The notes beneath the pieces were generated by a model that was not told the origin of the DNA, ran no database searches, and saw only the letters and a list, made by a program, of their open reading frames with translations. Both the position numbers and the translations under genes were made by a program. Positions 1-10,081 of a stretch of DNA of 64,000 bases are shown here, piece after piece; the stretch's first letter is position 1, and every line of letters begins with the position of its first letter. The stretch is from Bacteroidota bacterium (GTDB taxonomy: Bacteria; Bacteroidota; Ignavibacteria; Kryptoniales; JAKASW01), in the NCBI GenBank assembly GCA_023381615.1, contig JAMCQL010000065.1, positions 15,424-79,423 on the forward strand, in the 5' to 3' direction.

Positions 1-655
1 CTCCGACTCTTTTATGATCCTGAGCCGCCGGCAGAACGACAAAGTCCTTCCCGTCCGTTATCGCAAAGACAGAAGCCTCGACTCCCGACATAAATTCTTC
101 GACAACTATTCTCTCGCCTGACTCACCAAATATCTTCTTGACGAAAAATTTCTCGATCTCTATTTCTGCTTCCGAAAAAGATTGGACAATAGATACACCT
201 TTGCCAGCCGCCAATCCATCGGCTTTCAACACTGACGGATATTTTGCTTTGCTCAAATAATTCTTGAGTTCGTTCCGCTGTTGAACTGAAAACACTGCGA
301 ACTCGGCAGTCGGTATCTTCCACCTTTGCATGAACTCTTTCGCGAACACTTTGCTCGTTTCAAGACGAGCCGCAAGTTTCCTCGGACCAAAAATTTTCTT
401 GCCGCGATTTTCGAAGGCGTCTACCATCCCAGCCGCAAGAGGCTGCTCCGGACCGACTATCGTAAGATCAATCTTGTTGTCATCTACAAATCTCAGGATC
501 GGATACACATCATGCGATTTTAGATTGACCAACTCCGCTTGTTCGGAGATTCCAGCGTTCCCCGGCGCGCAATAGATTTTTGCGTCCTTCTCCCTGAAGA
601 TGGCGTCAACAATTGCATGCTCGCGGCCGCCGCCGCCAACGACGAGCACTCTCAA
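1..655 (-). CDS. purD: Phosphoribosylamine--glycine ligase, N-terminal part (runs off window start)
   Basis: Not in the ORF track. Manual translation from TTG at 655 (overlapping the upstream TGA) gives LRVLVVGGGGREHAI...CAPGNAGI...VGPEQPL...LETSKVFAKEFM...VLKADGLAAGKGV, all canonical PurD motifs. Confidence 0.95.
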   Translation of the reverse strand, partial: MRVLVVGGGGREHAIVDAIFREKDAKIYCAPGNAGISEQAELVNLKSHDVYPILRFVDDNKIDLTIVGPEQPLAAGMVDAFENRGKKIFGPRKLAARLETSKVFAKEFMQRWKIPTAEFAVFSVQQRNELKNYLSKAKYPSVLKADGLAAGKGVSIVQSFSEAEIEIEKFFVKKIFGESGERIVVEEFMSGVEASVFAITDGKDFVVLPAAQDHKRVG

Positions 656-1968
656 TTTTCATCTCCGACTTTAGCATACGAGCCTTTATAATCAAGCTGG
701 AATGCGAGCTCGCGAGCAAGTTCGCCGGTTAATTTTGAGCGATCATAGTTTTGGGCAAAACTTATCGGAATCTCAGGAAGCTGATTCTTCTCCCACAACT
801 CATAATACTCCGCCAACGCCTTCTTAATTCCGGAAACATCGTCCGGATTTACAACTCTACCGGCTCCCGATTCAAGTATTGTATTTTTCGCAATTCCATC
901 CGGGACGAGTCCCATGATCGGTTTGCGGCTTCCGATATATTCAAAAAGTTTTCCGGTGGAAATCATGTCCTCGCCTTTGCCGCTGCCGACAGTCAGCCAA
1001 AGCACGTCGCTTGTTATCAAATACCTCACGGTAGATTTATGATCCAAATAACCAAAGACCTTGACCACGTCGTGCAATCCGAGCGAGTCAATCAACGCAA
1101 GATTTTCTTTCCTAAAAGTTCCGATGAAGACAGCTTCGATTCTGTTTTTTAACTTCGGCTGTCCTTTGATCAGCTCTGACAACGCACGCAGAAAATATTT
1201 AGGAGTTCTATTGCGATAAAAAGTCCCGGCATATGTGAATCTCATTCTATCAGAAAAAGGCAGCTTCAACGTATTTTCGACATGAAAGTCTTCCGGGTCA
1301 TATCCCTGCGGAATTATGGCTATGTCGTTGTACCCGAGAAAACGGTAGCGGCTAAGCATCAACTCTTTTATTCTGCGATTGATCGTGATGATTCGATTGG
1401 AAGCCCGAAGAACTTTCTTCTCAAGATTTTGGTGGAGCATCTTGTGAAATGGAGTGAGGTAAAAATGCAGCGGGTTATCCACCCATGCATCACGATAATC
1501 CAAGACGAGCGGCACACCAAATTCCTTTGACAGCGCAATACCTATGAGATGACAGGTATATGGCGGCACCGTCGAAAAAATAACATCGAATTGCTCCCCC
1601 TGAAATAGTTTTCTCCCGGCTTTAATCGCCTCATGCCTCCAGCCTATTTTGTTATCCGGGACAAAAATCGCCTGGCTTATTCCGCTGAGAAAATTCCTCA
1701 GCTTTTCGTGAGGCATCTTCAATGGCTTGCCGCTGTCGAACAGCCGAGTCGGATCAAGTGAGTTAGTGCGGACTGTCTTGATGTTATTCTCCGTTACTTC
1801 ACGCAGCATACTGTAATCGAGAGCGAAATACGCCGTCGGAGTGATTGTCAAAACCGTAGGCTCCCAGCCATAGTCCGGGAGGTATTTCACGAACTTGAGA
1901 GTTCTCTGGACCCCGCTCAGACCCATCGGCGGGAAATAGTAAGCTATAACGAGTACTTTATTTCCCAT
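652..1968 (-). CDS. Glycosyltransferase family 4 (GT-B)
   Basis: VLVIAYYFPP..SGVQRTLKFVKYL N-terminus, DYRDAW, C-terminal GKLFEYIG motif. Confidence 0.85.
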   Translation of the reverse strand: MGNKVLVIAYYFPPMGLSGVQRTLKFVKYLPDYGWEPTVLTITPTAYFALDYSMLREVTENNIKTVRTNSLDPTRLFDSGKPLKMPHEKLRNFLSGISQAIFVPDNKIGWRHEAIKAGRKLFQGEQFDVIFSTVPPYTCHLIGIALSKEFGVPLVLDYRDAWVDNPLHFYLTPFHKMLHQNLEKKVLRASNRIITINRRIKELMLSRYRFLGYNDIAIIPQGYDPEDFHVENTLKLPFSDRMRFTYAGTFYRNRTPKYFLRALSELIKGQPKLKNRIEAVFIGTFRKENLALIDSLGLHDVVKVFGYLDHKSTVRYLITSDVLWLTVGSGKGEDMISTGKLFEYIGSRKPIMGLVPDGIAKNTILESGAGRVVNPDDVSGIKKALAEYYELWEKNQLPEIPISFAQNYDRSKLTGELARELAFQLDYKGSYAKVGDEN

Positions 1969-3079
1969 AAGTTGATATATAGTAATCCATTTCTCTTGAA
2001 AAATGCGAAAGCTGCTCTACGCCGTCTTTCGTTACGAGAAAATCGTCTTCAATTCTTACTCCGCCAAGTCTTGGTATGTAAATCCCGGGCTCAATCGTAA
2101 TCACATTCCCTTCTTCTAACACGTCGTCGCTGATTCTCGAAACTCTCGGCAGTTCATGAATACGCAGTCCAACGCCGTGTCCTGTGCCATGACCAAAGAA
2201 TTTGCCGTAGCCTTTTTTCTCGATATAATCTCTCGCGGCTTTGTCAACTTTCTTTGCTTTAACACCTGCGTGTGCCGCTTCGATTCCCTTTCTTTGCGCA
2301 TCAAGAACAATCCGATAAATTTTTGAAAGTTCCGGTTTAATTTTTTGCCCGGTCTGAAAGGTCCTCGTGATATCAGATGCGTAGCCTTCATAGAAACAGC
2401 CAAAGTCTATAGTGATAAATTCGTTTTCTTCGACAACTTTCTCAGACGCAACACCGTGCGGCATTGCGCCGCGCCAGCCGCTGGCAGCAATCGTGTCGAA
2501 AGATTCTTTCGAGGCGCCTAAGATTTTCTGGTTAAATTCAAGCGCAGCAGATAAATCGACTTCACGCTTGCCGACCCAATTTTCTCGTGCAAGTACATCG
2601 AGGGCGCTGCCGCTTATTGAACAGGCGCTCTTTATTCTCTCAACTTCTGCATTTGATTTCACAGCTGCAAGTTTTTCTATTACCTGAGAAGTCTTGGCAA
2701 ATTTGCAGTGGAAAATTTTCGCGCTTGCTTCGTCCAGCGAACCAACGGACAAACTATCCTCAACGCCGACAGAGATCGGTCTTCCGGAAGATTTCTTGAA
2801 GAACTTTTTGCTCAAATACTCGAAGACGTTTCCGCTGTAAATGACAGTCTCACAGCTCGCCACTTCCTTGCTCGCCTGTGTTTTGTAGCGAAAATCGGTC
2901 AGAAAATAAGCTGCATCGGCAAATATCAAACAAAATCCGGAGGTTCCACTGAACGTCGTAAGATACCGAACATTAGAAAGATCGGCCACAAAGAAGGCGT
3001 CCAGCGAATTCTTGCGCAAGTATTTCTGAATGCCTTTTACAGATTTTAGCGAGTGCTTCTGTAGATCCGTAAGTATCAT
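1958..3079 (-). CDS. Xaa-Pro aminopeptidase (M24 family)
   Basis: Creatinase-N-like start; metal ligands in [31 protein letters not shown]. Confidence 0.92.
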   Translation of the reverse strand: MILTDLQKHSLKSVKGIQKYLRKNSLDAFFVADLSNVRYLTTFSGTSGFCLIFADAAYFLTDFRYKTQASKEVASCETVIYSGNVFEYLSKKFFKKSSGRPISVGVEDSLSVGSLDEASAKIFHCKFAKTSQVIEKLAAVKSNAEVERIKSACSISGSALDVLARENWVGKREVDLSAALEFNQKILGASKESFDTIAASGWRGAMPHGVASEKVVEENEFITIDFGCFYEGYASDITRTFQTGQKIKPELSKIYRIVLDAQRKGIEAAHAGVKAKKVDKAARDYIEKKGYGKFFGHGTGHGVGLRIHELPRVSRISDDVLEEGNVITIEPGIYIPRLGGVRIEDDFLVTKDGVEQLSHFSREMDYYISTYGK

Positions 3080-4542
3080 AAATGATAATTCGGAGCTTCT
3101 TTAACTATATCGACATCATGCGGATGGCTTTCATTCAAACCGGCTGAGGTTATCCTCATGAACTTCGCATTCTTTTTTAATTCGCCAATATTTTTGCAGC
3201 CAAGATAACCCATCGCAGCTCTGAGTCCGCCAACCATTTGGTAAACCGTGTCGCTGAGAGGTCCGCGATATGGTACGCGTCCTTCAATTCCTTCCGGCAC
3301 AAGTTTCTTTATATCGTCTTCGACGTCCTGAAAATATCTGTCGCTGCTTCCAGCTTTCATCGCTTCGAGCGAACCCATCCCGCGATAAGTCTTGTAAGCT
3401 CTCCCTTCATAAAGAACTTTTTCACCGGGACTTTCTTCGACACCTGCGAACAAGTTTCCGATCATAACACTGTCTGCGCCTGCGGCGAGCGCTTTTGCAA
3501 TGTCGCCTGTTTGCTTTATCCCTCCGTCGGCTATTACCGGAATTTTGTACTTCGCTGCCGCCGAAGCACATTCCATTACGGCAGTAATTTGTGGTATTCC
3601 TATTCCGGCAATAATTCGAGTCGTACAAATACTGCCGGGACCAATTCCCACTTTAACTGCGTCGACGCCCGCTTTTATTAATTCGAGAGTTCCTTCCTTC
3701 GTTCCGACGTTGCCGGCGATCAATTGAAGGTGAGGATGCTTTCTCTTGAGAATCTTAACCATCTCAATTACACCGTGCGAATGTCCATGCGCAGTGTCAA
3801 CTATAACCACATCAACACCGGCTTTTACAAGCGCATCGACGCGATCTACAGTTTCGGCCTTCACTCCGACCGCCGCGCCCACACGCAATCTTCCGCGTTC
3901 ATCTTTGCACGCGTAAGGATAACGCTTCTTCTTTTGAATATCTTTAAAGGTTATCAGCCCTCGCAGCTTGCCGGCGGAATCAACGACCGGGAGCTTTTCA
4001 ATTTTGTACTTTTGCAAAATCTTTTCCGCATCTTCTAATGTTGTTCCAAGTTTTGCGGTTACTAAGTTTTCTTTTGTCATGAAATCGGTAACCTTGCGGT
4101 CATGATCATCGACAAATCGCAGATCCCTGTTGGTGAGTATCCCGACGAGAGTCTCTCCGCTCACTATTGGAATACCGGAGATATGATATTTATTCATCAG
4201 AGAAATGGCTTCGCGAACGGTGTGGTCTGGCCCCAATGTTATAGGATCGGAAATCATCCCGCTCTCCGAACGTTTGACACGGTCGACTTCCTCAGCATGT
4301 TTCTCAATCGAGAAGTTTTTGTGAATAATTCCGATTCCGCCTTCACGCGCAAGCGCGATAGCAAGTTCGCTTTCTGTAACCGTGTCCATAGCTGCGCTGA
4401 CGAGCGGTATATTGAGTTTAATGCCTCTTGTAAATTTTGTGCGAACATCTGTTTCGCGAGGCAGCACAGTTGAGTAATTGGGTACCAGCAAAATGTCATC
4501 AAATGTCAACGCATCGCCAATTATTTTATCACTCTGTCTCAT
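3076..4542 (-). CDS. guaB: IMP dehydrogenase
   Basis: [17 protein letters not shown] pair, catalytic [23 protein letters not shown]. Confidence 0.98.
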   Translation of the reverse strand: MRQSDKIIGDALTFDDILLVPNYSTVLPRETDVRTKFTRGIKLNIPLVSAAMDTVTESELAIALAREGGIGIIHKNFSIEKHAEEVDRVKRSESGMISDPITLGPDHTVREAISLMNKYHISGIPIVSGETLVGILTNRDLRFVDDHDRKVTDFMTKENLVTAKLGTTLEDAEKILQKYKIEKLPVVDSAGKLRGLITFKDIQKKKRYPYACKDERGRLRVGAAVGVKAETVDRVDALVKAGVDVVIVDTAHGHSHGVIEMVKILKRKHPHLQLIAGNVGTKEGTLELIKAGVDAVKVGIGPGSICTTRIIAGIGIPQITAVMECASAAAKYKIPVIADGGIKQTGDIAKALAAGADSVMIGNLFAGVEESPGEKVLYEGRAYKTYRGMGSLEAMKAGSSDRYFQDVEDDIKKLVPEGIEGRVPYRGPLSDTVYQMVGGLRAAMGYLGCKNIGELKKNAKFMRITSAGLNESHPHDVDIVKEAPNYHL

Positions 4543-4556
4543 TTACATTATCTCCG

Positions 4557-5726
4557 TCAATTGAAGGCTTGAAAACCGGTAATGTCACTGCCGATTATCA
4601 AAGTATGAATGTCGTGAGTGCCTTCGTATGTGTAGACGCTTTCCAAATTTGCCATATGACGCATGATCGGATATTCGTCGAGAATTCCATTTGCGCCAAG
4701 GATTGTGCGGGCAAGTCGCGCGATCTCAAGCGCAAAGTGGACGTTGTTCCGTTTCGCCAATGAAACCTGAGTGAACTTTTGCTTATTCTGATCTTTCAGT
4801 CTTCCCAACTGAAGATTGAGAAGCTGGCCCTTTGTTATCTCGTTCAACATGAAAACCAATTTCTCTTGCGTAATCTGGAACGCGGCTATCGGTTTGTCAA
4901 ATTGGATTCTTGATTTGGCATAATTCAGCGCGGCATTGTAGCAAGCCATCGCCGAACCTATGGCTCCCCAGGCAATTCCGTACCGCGCTTGATCAAGACA
5001 CATCAGCGGAGATTTCAATCCTCCGGATTTCGGCAAAATATTTTCTTCTGGAGTTTCGCAATCTTGAAAAACAAGTTCGCTCGTAACTGAAGCGCGTAAA
5101 GAATGTTTCCCTTTCATCTCAGGCGCTGTGAAACCCGGAGTTCCCTTCTCGACAAGGAAGCCTTTAATTTCTCCATCTAACTTTGCCCACACGACCGCAA
5201 CGTCTGCAATTGTCCCGTTCGTAATCCACATCTTCGCGCCATTCAGAACGTACTTGTTTCCTTTCTTCTCAGCCCGTGTAATCATTCCGCCGGGGTTGGA
5301 ACCGTAATCAGGCTCGGTCAAACCGAAACAGCCGATCGCCTCGCCTTTCGCAAGGCGCGGAAGCCAGTAATCTTTCTGCTTATCCGAACCAAATGTGTAA
5401 ATCGGGTACATAACAAGACCGCTCTGAACCGATGCAAAACTTCTGATGCTCGAATCTCCGCGCTCAAGTTCCTGCATAATGAGTCCATAGGCGACATTGT
5501 TCAGTTCTGCACAACCGTATTTAGCAGGAAGCGTCGGCCCAAGAAATCCGAGTTCACCCATTTTCTTTACGAGATGGCTCGGAAAGGTTCCTTCGCGATA
5601 ATGTTTTTCAATAATTGGGATAACTTCATCTGATACGAAGTCGCGGACGGTGTCTCTGACAAGTCTTTCTTCCGCGGAAAGCAAACTTTCTGTGTTAAAA
5701 TAGTCAACGCCGCTAAACTGTACCAT
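4557..5726 (-). CDS. Acyl-CoA dehydrogenase (glutaryl-CoA dehydrogenase-like)
   Basis: GCFGLTEPDYGS, KMWITNG, YTYEGTHDIH motifs typical of the GCDH subfamily. Confidence 0.9.
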   Translation of the reverse strand: MVQFSGVDYFNTESLLSAEERLVRDTVRDFVSDEVIPIIEKHYREGTFPSHLVKKMGELGFLGPTLPAKYGCAELNNVAYGLIMQELERGDSSIRSFASVQSGLVMYPIYTFGSDKQKDYWLPRLAKGEAIGCFGLTEPDYGSNPGGMITRAEKKGNKYVLNGAKMWITNGTIADVAVVWAKLDGEIKGFLVEKGTPGFTAPEMKGKHSLRASVTSELVFQDCETPEENILPKSGGLKSPLMCLDQARYGIAWGAIGSAMACYNAALNYAKSRIQFDKPIAAFQITQEKLVFMLNEITKGQLLNLQLGRLKDQNKQKFTQVSLAKRNNVHFALEIARLARTILGANGILDEYPIMRHMANLESVYTYEGTHDIHTLIIGSDITGFQAFN

Positions 5727-5883
5727 TGCAACCTCAGGATTTGGGTAGGAACATTTGTTTAACTATTTAAAAGTCCGCCTTTGAGCGGACTTACCTAACT
5801 GAAATATTAGCCAAGAAGTGTCTGAAAATCAAGGAAACGCAAACCGCTGAACGTAATGCCTTACTGACGGGGTTAGAATTATT

Positions 5884-6066
5884 GCCACGAGCTTTCCTGT
5901 CCGCCATCTTCCTGGCGGAAGCTCGTGGAACAGTGGGACGCCCCCTGCTGAGCCGGAGGCTCATGCGCCTCTGGCGCAGGGTTTTTACCCTGAAACGCAT
6001 TGGGTTCGGGGCTAAAGCCCAATTGTTTCTTGTGCGCTGCCACGACCTAAAGGTCGTGGCTATTGA
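5884..6066. repeat. REP-like palindrome cluster with nested insertions
   Basis: GCCACGAGCTTT[24 bp]AGCTCGTGG (5884-5928), GGGCTAAAGCCC, GCCACGACCTAAAGGTCGTGGC (6039-6060), and a 30-bp double hairpin at 5949-5978. Confidence 0.8.
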
Positions 6067-6324
6067 TTCAACCGCTTGAGTAAGCCATTACCTGCTGAAC
6101 TACTATCAAACGAGGATGAGTCGCATTCGCTGGAAATTTCCGCAGGAAATCTTCAAAAGTCTGTCTGACCTGCCACCGGTTATCGTATAAGCGAGCACGT
6201 CTGAATAATTGCAAGTTTGAAATTGACTCTCTATTTCTTTAGCTTTCTGAACAAACTTTATCTCGTATGAGGAGTTTGAATTATTTCACAACTTTGACCG
6301 TATCACAAAATAGCAGAAACTCTT

Positions 6325-7095
6325 ATGGAAAATTTTGAAGGAACAACAGCAATTGTAACCGGTGCTTCAAGCGGCATCGGCAGAGCAACTGCTAAGGAAT
6401 TTGTGAAGTCGGGAGCCAGCGTCGTTGCGTTCGCACGGAACCTGTCTCATCTCCAGTCATTGCGCGATGAATGCGCGACCGAAAAAGGAAAGTTTCTCCT
6501 TCTACAGGGAGACGCGACAAAAGAAGCTGATCGCAAGAAGTGCGTGGACACTGCCGTCAACGAATTCGGTGGCATCGATGTGCTTGTTCAGGCGGCCGGG
6601 ATAATCGGCAGCGGCACAATTGAGAACACCACGGAATCGCAGTGGAACGAGATGATGGATGTAAACCTCACATCGGTCTACAGAATGATGCAGCTCGCAT
6701 TGCCGTCTATCATCAACAGAAAAGGAAACATTGTAAACGTTTCGAGTGTTACGGGAACGAGAGCATTTCCAAACGTTCTTGCTTACTGCGTCAGCAAAGC
6801 CGGCGTCGATCAGCTTACAAGATGTTCTGCGCTCGAGCTCGCGCCCAAAGGAGTGCGTGTAAATGCGGTGAACCCCGGAGTTGTTGTAACAAACTTGCAC
6901 CGCAACAGCGGTATGAATGAAGAGAGCTATTCCAGGTTTCTTGAACATTCAAAGACAACTCATCCGCTCGGGAGAGTCGGGACGCCGGAGGAAATTGCAG
7001 ACCTAATTATTTTTCTCGCTTCTGAAAAAGCAGCTTGGATTACCGGAGTAACTTACAGCATTGACGGCGGACGCTCGCAAACTTGTTTCAGATGA
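6325..7095 (+). CDS. Classical SDR oxidoreductase
   Basis: TGASSGIG, NVSS, YCVSK catalytic motif, VRVNAVNPG. Confidence 0.93.
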   Translation: MENFEGTTAIVTGASSGIGRATAKEFVKSGASVVAFARNLSHLQSLRDECATEKGKFLLLQGDATKEADRKKCVDTAVNEFGGIDVLVQAAGIIGSGTIENTTESQWNEMMDVNLTSVYRMMQLALPSIINRKGNIVNVSSVTGTRAFPNVLAYCVSKAGVDQLTRCSALELAPKGVRVNAVNPGVVVTNLHRNSGMNEESYSRFLEHSKTTHPLGRVGTPEEIADLIIFLASEKAAWITGVTYSIDGGRSQTCFR

Positions 7096-7116
7096 AACTA
7101 AAATGAGAGGTACAAT

Positions 7117-7680
7117 ATGCCAGACGAAGAATTAGAAGATGAACTTAAAGAGATGTACGAAGAGCCGAAGCGCCGCGAAAAGGCGCTCTCGAACGACGTA
7201 CTGAGACTTTCCCTGAAAGCATTAAAATTGCAGAACGCGATCTCGGTTTCTCCTGCCGCTACAGTTCAAGAGGCTGTGGAGCAAATGCAGAAAAGCAAAA
7301 TTGGATGCTTGCTTTTGGTGGAATCTCCGACGGGCGCGGATGAGCCTTCGGCTCAAAAAAAGCTTGAAGGCATTTTCACGGAAAGAGACTTCCTTCTTAA
7401 AGTTGCTGGTTTATTCAAAGATTTGTCGAGCGTGCCGGTTTCGAAATTCTCGACGCCGGATCCGGAAACTCTGCGAATGGACGACCCCATAGGATTTGCA
7501 CTGCATCTCATGCACGTTGGCGGTTACAGACATGTACCGGTCGTGAACGAAAAGAATGAACCGGTGGCTGTTCTCTCGATCAAGGATGTGGTTTCGTTTC
7601 TGTCGGAATATTTCCCCGAGGATGTGCTTAACCAACCGCCGAAACCTCTGAGAAGTACGAGTGAACGGGAAGGCGCGTAG
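7117..7680 (+). CDS. CBS-domain pair protein (carries an apparent 10-aa insert)
   Basis: GIFTERD and GGYRHVPVV CBS motifs. Confidence 0.88.
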   Translation: MPDEELEDELKEMYEEPKRREKALSNDVLRLSLKALKLQNAISVSPAATVQEAVEQMQKSKIGCLLLVESPTGADEPSAQKKLEGIFTERDFLLKVAGLFKDLSSVPVSKFSTPDPETLRMDDPIGFALHLMHVGGYRHVPVVNEKNEPVAVLSIKDVVSFLSEYFPEDVLNQPPKPLRSTSEREGA

Positions 7681-7712
7681 GCGAAAACAAATAGCACACT
7701 GACTATGCTGGA

Positions 7713-7778
7713 AGGTGACCGTCACTTATGTCAATATTGCAATACACTGACAATATGACATAGAAGTGACGGTCATCT
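7713..7778. repeat. Inverted REP-like doublet between convergent genes (possible terminator)
   Basis: AGGTGACCGTCACTT-ATGTCA ... TGACAT-AG-AAGTGACGGTCATCT; each unit is itself near-palindromic. Confidence 0.65.
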
Positions 7779-7812
7779 ACGGCATTTTCGTGTTATCGGC
7801 GGTTCATTTAAG

Positions 7813-8949
7813 CTAACGCAGCGAGCGTCTGAAGGTGTAGATACTGAGCGAGAGAACCACCGTCCCAATTGCCAGCAAGGCAAGCGTCTGTGGAATGAGA
7901 TTGCTGAAGCTGTCGCCTTTCAGGAATATGCCGCGAACGATTTCCAAGGCATACCTGATTGGTATCAGGTAAGTAATGTACTGAAATCCTTTCGGCATAT
8001 TTTGGATGGGGAAAACAAAGCCTGACAAGATCATCATGGGAAATATGATTATGAACTGAGCAGTCATCGTTGCCTGCTGCTGCGTCTTCGAAACTGAAGA
8101 CACAAATATACCGAGTCCGAGTCCGACGATTATAAACAAAAGACTCAGAATCAGCAATGCCGGGAGGCTTCCTCTCAGCGGCACTTGGAAAAAGTACACA
8201 GCCACTACGAGCACTAAGAACATTTCAATGAATCCGATAATTGTAAACGGAATCATCTTACCCAATATGAATTCAGAATCGCGCAAGGGTGTAACCACTA
8301 TCTGCTCTATTGTGCCGGCTTCCTTTTCTTTCACTATCGCCAATGAAGTCAACATTGTTGTAATTATCATTAACACCATCACGAGAACCGCCGGTACCAT
8401 GAAATTTACACTCTTCAAGTCCTGATTGAACCATGCCCTGGATTGCGCAATGACCTGAGGCAAATCGTTAGAACTTTTGATCAACCCGTACTTCTCCGCG
8501 CGCTGCACAACGATATTACGCGCATAACTTAACGCAATGACGCTCGCGTAACTCAATCCTATTCCGCCCGTATTCGAATCAGAACCATCGGCTATCACTG
8601 CCAGCTGCGGATTTCTTCCGGCCAGCAAGTCTCGGCCGAAATGGACAGGAATAATTACGGCAATACCAGCTTTGCCGCTCCTGAAATAATAATCGATGTC
8701 ATTAATGTCATCCAGATAATCGACGAGCTTGAAATAGCCGGAACTAACGTAATGCTCTGTCAGCTCTCTGCTTTGCTTGGTATTATCCAGGTCGCAAACG
8801 ACCATCGGGATATTCTTTATGTCTAATGTGGCAGCATACCCGAGAAGAAGTAATTGAAGGATCGGTGCAACGAAGAGCATTCCGACCATTCTTTTATCCC
8901 TGCGCAACTGCAGGAATTCTTTTTTCACAACGTGCAAAACCCTCTTCAT
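7813..8949 (-). CDS. ABC-2 type permease (YbhR/YhhJ-like)
   Basis: KEFLQLRRD start, IVKEKEAGTIEQIVVTP, multiple TM segments. Confidence 0.9.
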   Translation of the reverse strand: MKRVLHVVKKEFLQLRRDKRMVGMLFVAPILQLLLLGYAATLDIKNIPMVVCDLDNTKQSRELTEHYVSSGYFKLVDYLDDINDIDYYFRSGKAGIAVIIPVHFGRDLLAGRNPQLAVIADGSDSNTGGIGLSYASVIALSYARNIVVQRAEKYGLIKSSNDLPQVIAQSRAWFNQDLKSVNFMVPAVLVMVLMIITTMLTSLAIVKEKEAGTIEQIVVTPLRDSEFILGKMIPFTIIGFIEMFLVLVVAVYFFQVPLRGSLPALLILSLLFIIVGLGLGIFVSSVSKTQQQATMTAQFIIIFPMMILSGFVFPIQNMPKGFQYITYLIPIRYALEIVRGIFLKGDSFSNLIPQTLALLAIGTVVLSLSIYTFRRSLR

Positions 8950-8950
8950 A

Positions 8951-10081
8951 TCAAATACCTTTCCTACTCAATCTCCATGATGCAAGAGCGGGAATAGCAA
9001 TGGCAAAAAACAGTAATGGCAAAATCTGATCGTAAATATCCGTGAAACCCGCACCTTTCAACAGGATCCCCCTTAATGCCGCAATGAAAAACCTACCGGG
9101 GAAAAAATAAGTTAGGCCTTGCAGCCAAATCGGCATACTGCTTATGGGATAAATGAACCCGGACAAAATCATATTCGGCAGGTTTGATAATGTACTTGCA
9201 AAGAGATAGCCCTGCTGCTGTGTACTCACGAGCGTAGAAATTAGTATCCCTATCCCCAGGCCCGCTATTAAGAAGAGAATGATGGTAAATGCGAGCAATA
9301 GGATATTCCCCCGGACCGGCACGTTGAACAAAACAACGCTGGTCACCAAAACCATAACGGTAGCACCCAAAGACAATATGAAATAAAGTAGTGCCTTCCC
9401 AATGATAACCTGGAAGGGGTTTACTGGAGCAAGCATTATATGTTCGATCGTACCGCGTTCTTTCTCGCGCACAATTGAAATCGTAGGAACAATCGTGGTG
9501 AGTATCATCAAAATGAAGGCTACTAAACCCGGAACAAGATACATCATGCTTTTCAATCCAGGGTTGTAATAGACCCTCGGTCTGAAGTCAATCGCACCTC
9601 CTAAAATTGGAAAACCTTTTTGGTTCATGTATTTGACTGTCAAGTCGGCGGAATAATTCTGGAGAATCCCGTCAACATATCCCATGATGATGGTTGCAGT
9701 ATTGGAATTGGAGCCGTCGAGAAGCACCTGAACGTTCTCGCTCTTGTCGAGCAGTATCTTCTTTACATAATTACGCGGAATAACCAGGACCGCGGCTCCC
9801 TTCCCGTCTTGGATGAATTTGTTAATCGCGGATTCCTTCGGAACCACTCCGGCAAAGTCGAAGTATTCGGTGCTGAAAAACTTTTGTGTCAGCTCCCTGC
9901 TTTGCTTCGTGTTCGATTCATCGAGAACTCCCAGCTTCACGTGCTTGACATCGAAATTCAATGCATACCCGTAAAGCAGAAGCATCATTGTCGGAACGAG
10001 GATAATAGCGGTCAACGACAGCTTGTCCCGCTTTAGCTGGCGGTACTCCTTCTGGTAGATCGTAAGAATATTCTCAAACAT
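8951..10081 (-). CDS. ABC-2 type permease (YbhS-like)
   Basis: KEYRQLKRD start, IVREKERGTIE, multiple TM segments. Confidence 0.9.
   Translation of the reverse strand: MFENILTIYQKEYRQLKRDKLSLTAIILVPTMMLLLYGYALNFDVKHVKLGVLDESNTKQSRELTQKFFSTEYFDFAGVVPKESAINKFIQDGKGAAVLVIPRNYVKKILLDKSENVQVLLDGSNSNTATIIMGYVDGILQNYSADLTVKYMNQKGFPILGGAIDFRPRVYYNPGLKSMMYLVPGLVAFILMILTTIVPTISIVREKERGTIEHIMLAPVNPFQVIIGKALLYFILSLGATVMVLVTSVVLFNVPVRGNILLLAFTIILFLIAGLGIGILISTLVSTQQQGYLFASTLSNLPNMILSGFIYPISSMPIWLQGLTYFFPGRFFIAALRGILLKGAGFTDIYDQILPLLFFAIAIPALASWRLSRKGI

Noticed and set aside
123-575. Small track ORFs at the window start
   Set aside because: Shadows of purD, which is open in another frame in the parts checked.
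5771-5792. Hairpin AAGTCCGC-CTTTGA-GCGGACTT as a riboswitch or terminator
   Set aside because: No aptamer motif recognised; it may be another palindromic repeat but cannot be assigned.
5791-6079. Short ORFs 5791-6000 and 5882-6079
   Set aside because: They are translations of the palindrome cluster with no protein-like features.
7446-7455. CCGGATCCGG palindrome in the CBS gene
   Set aside because: Encodes the ordinary TPDPET motif and does not match the element ends.
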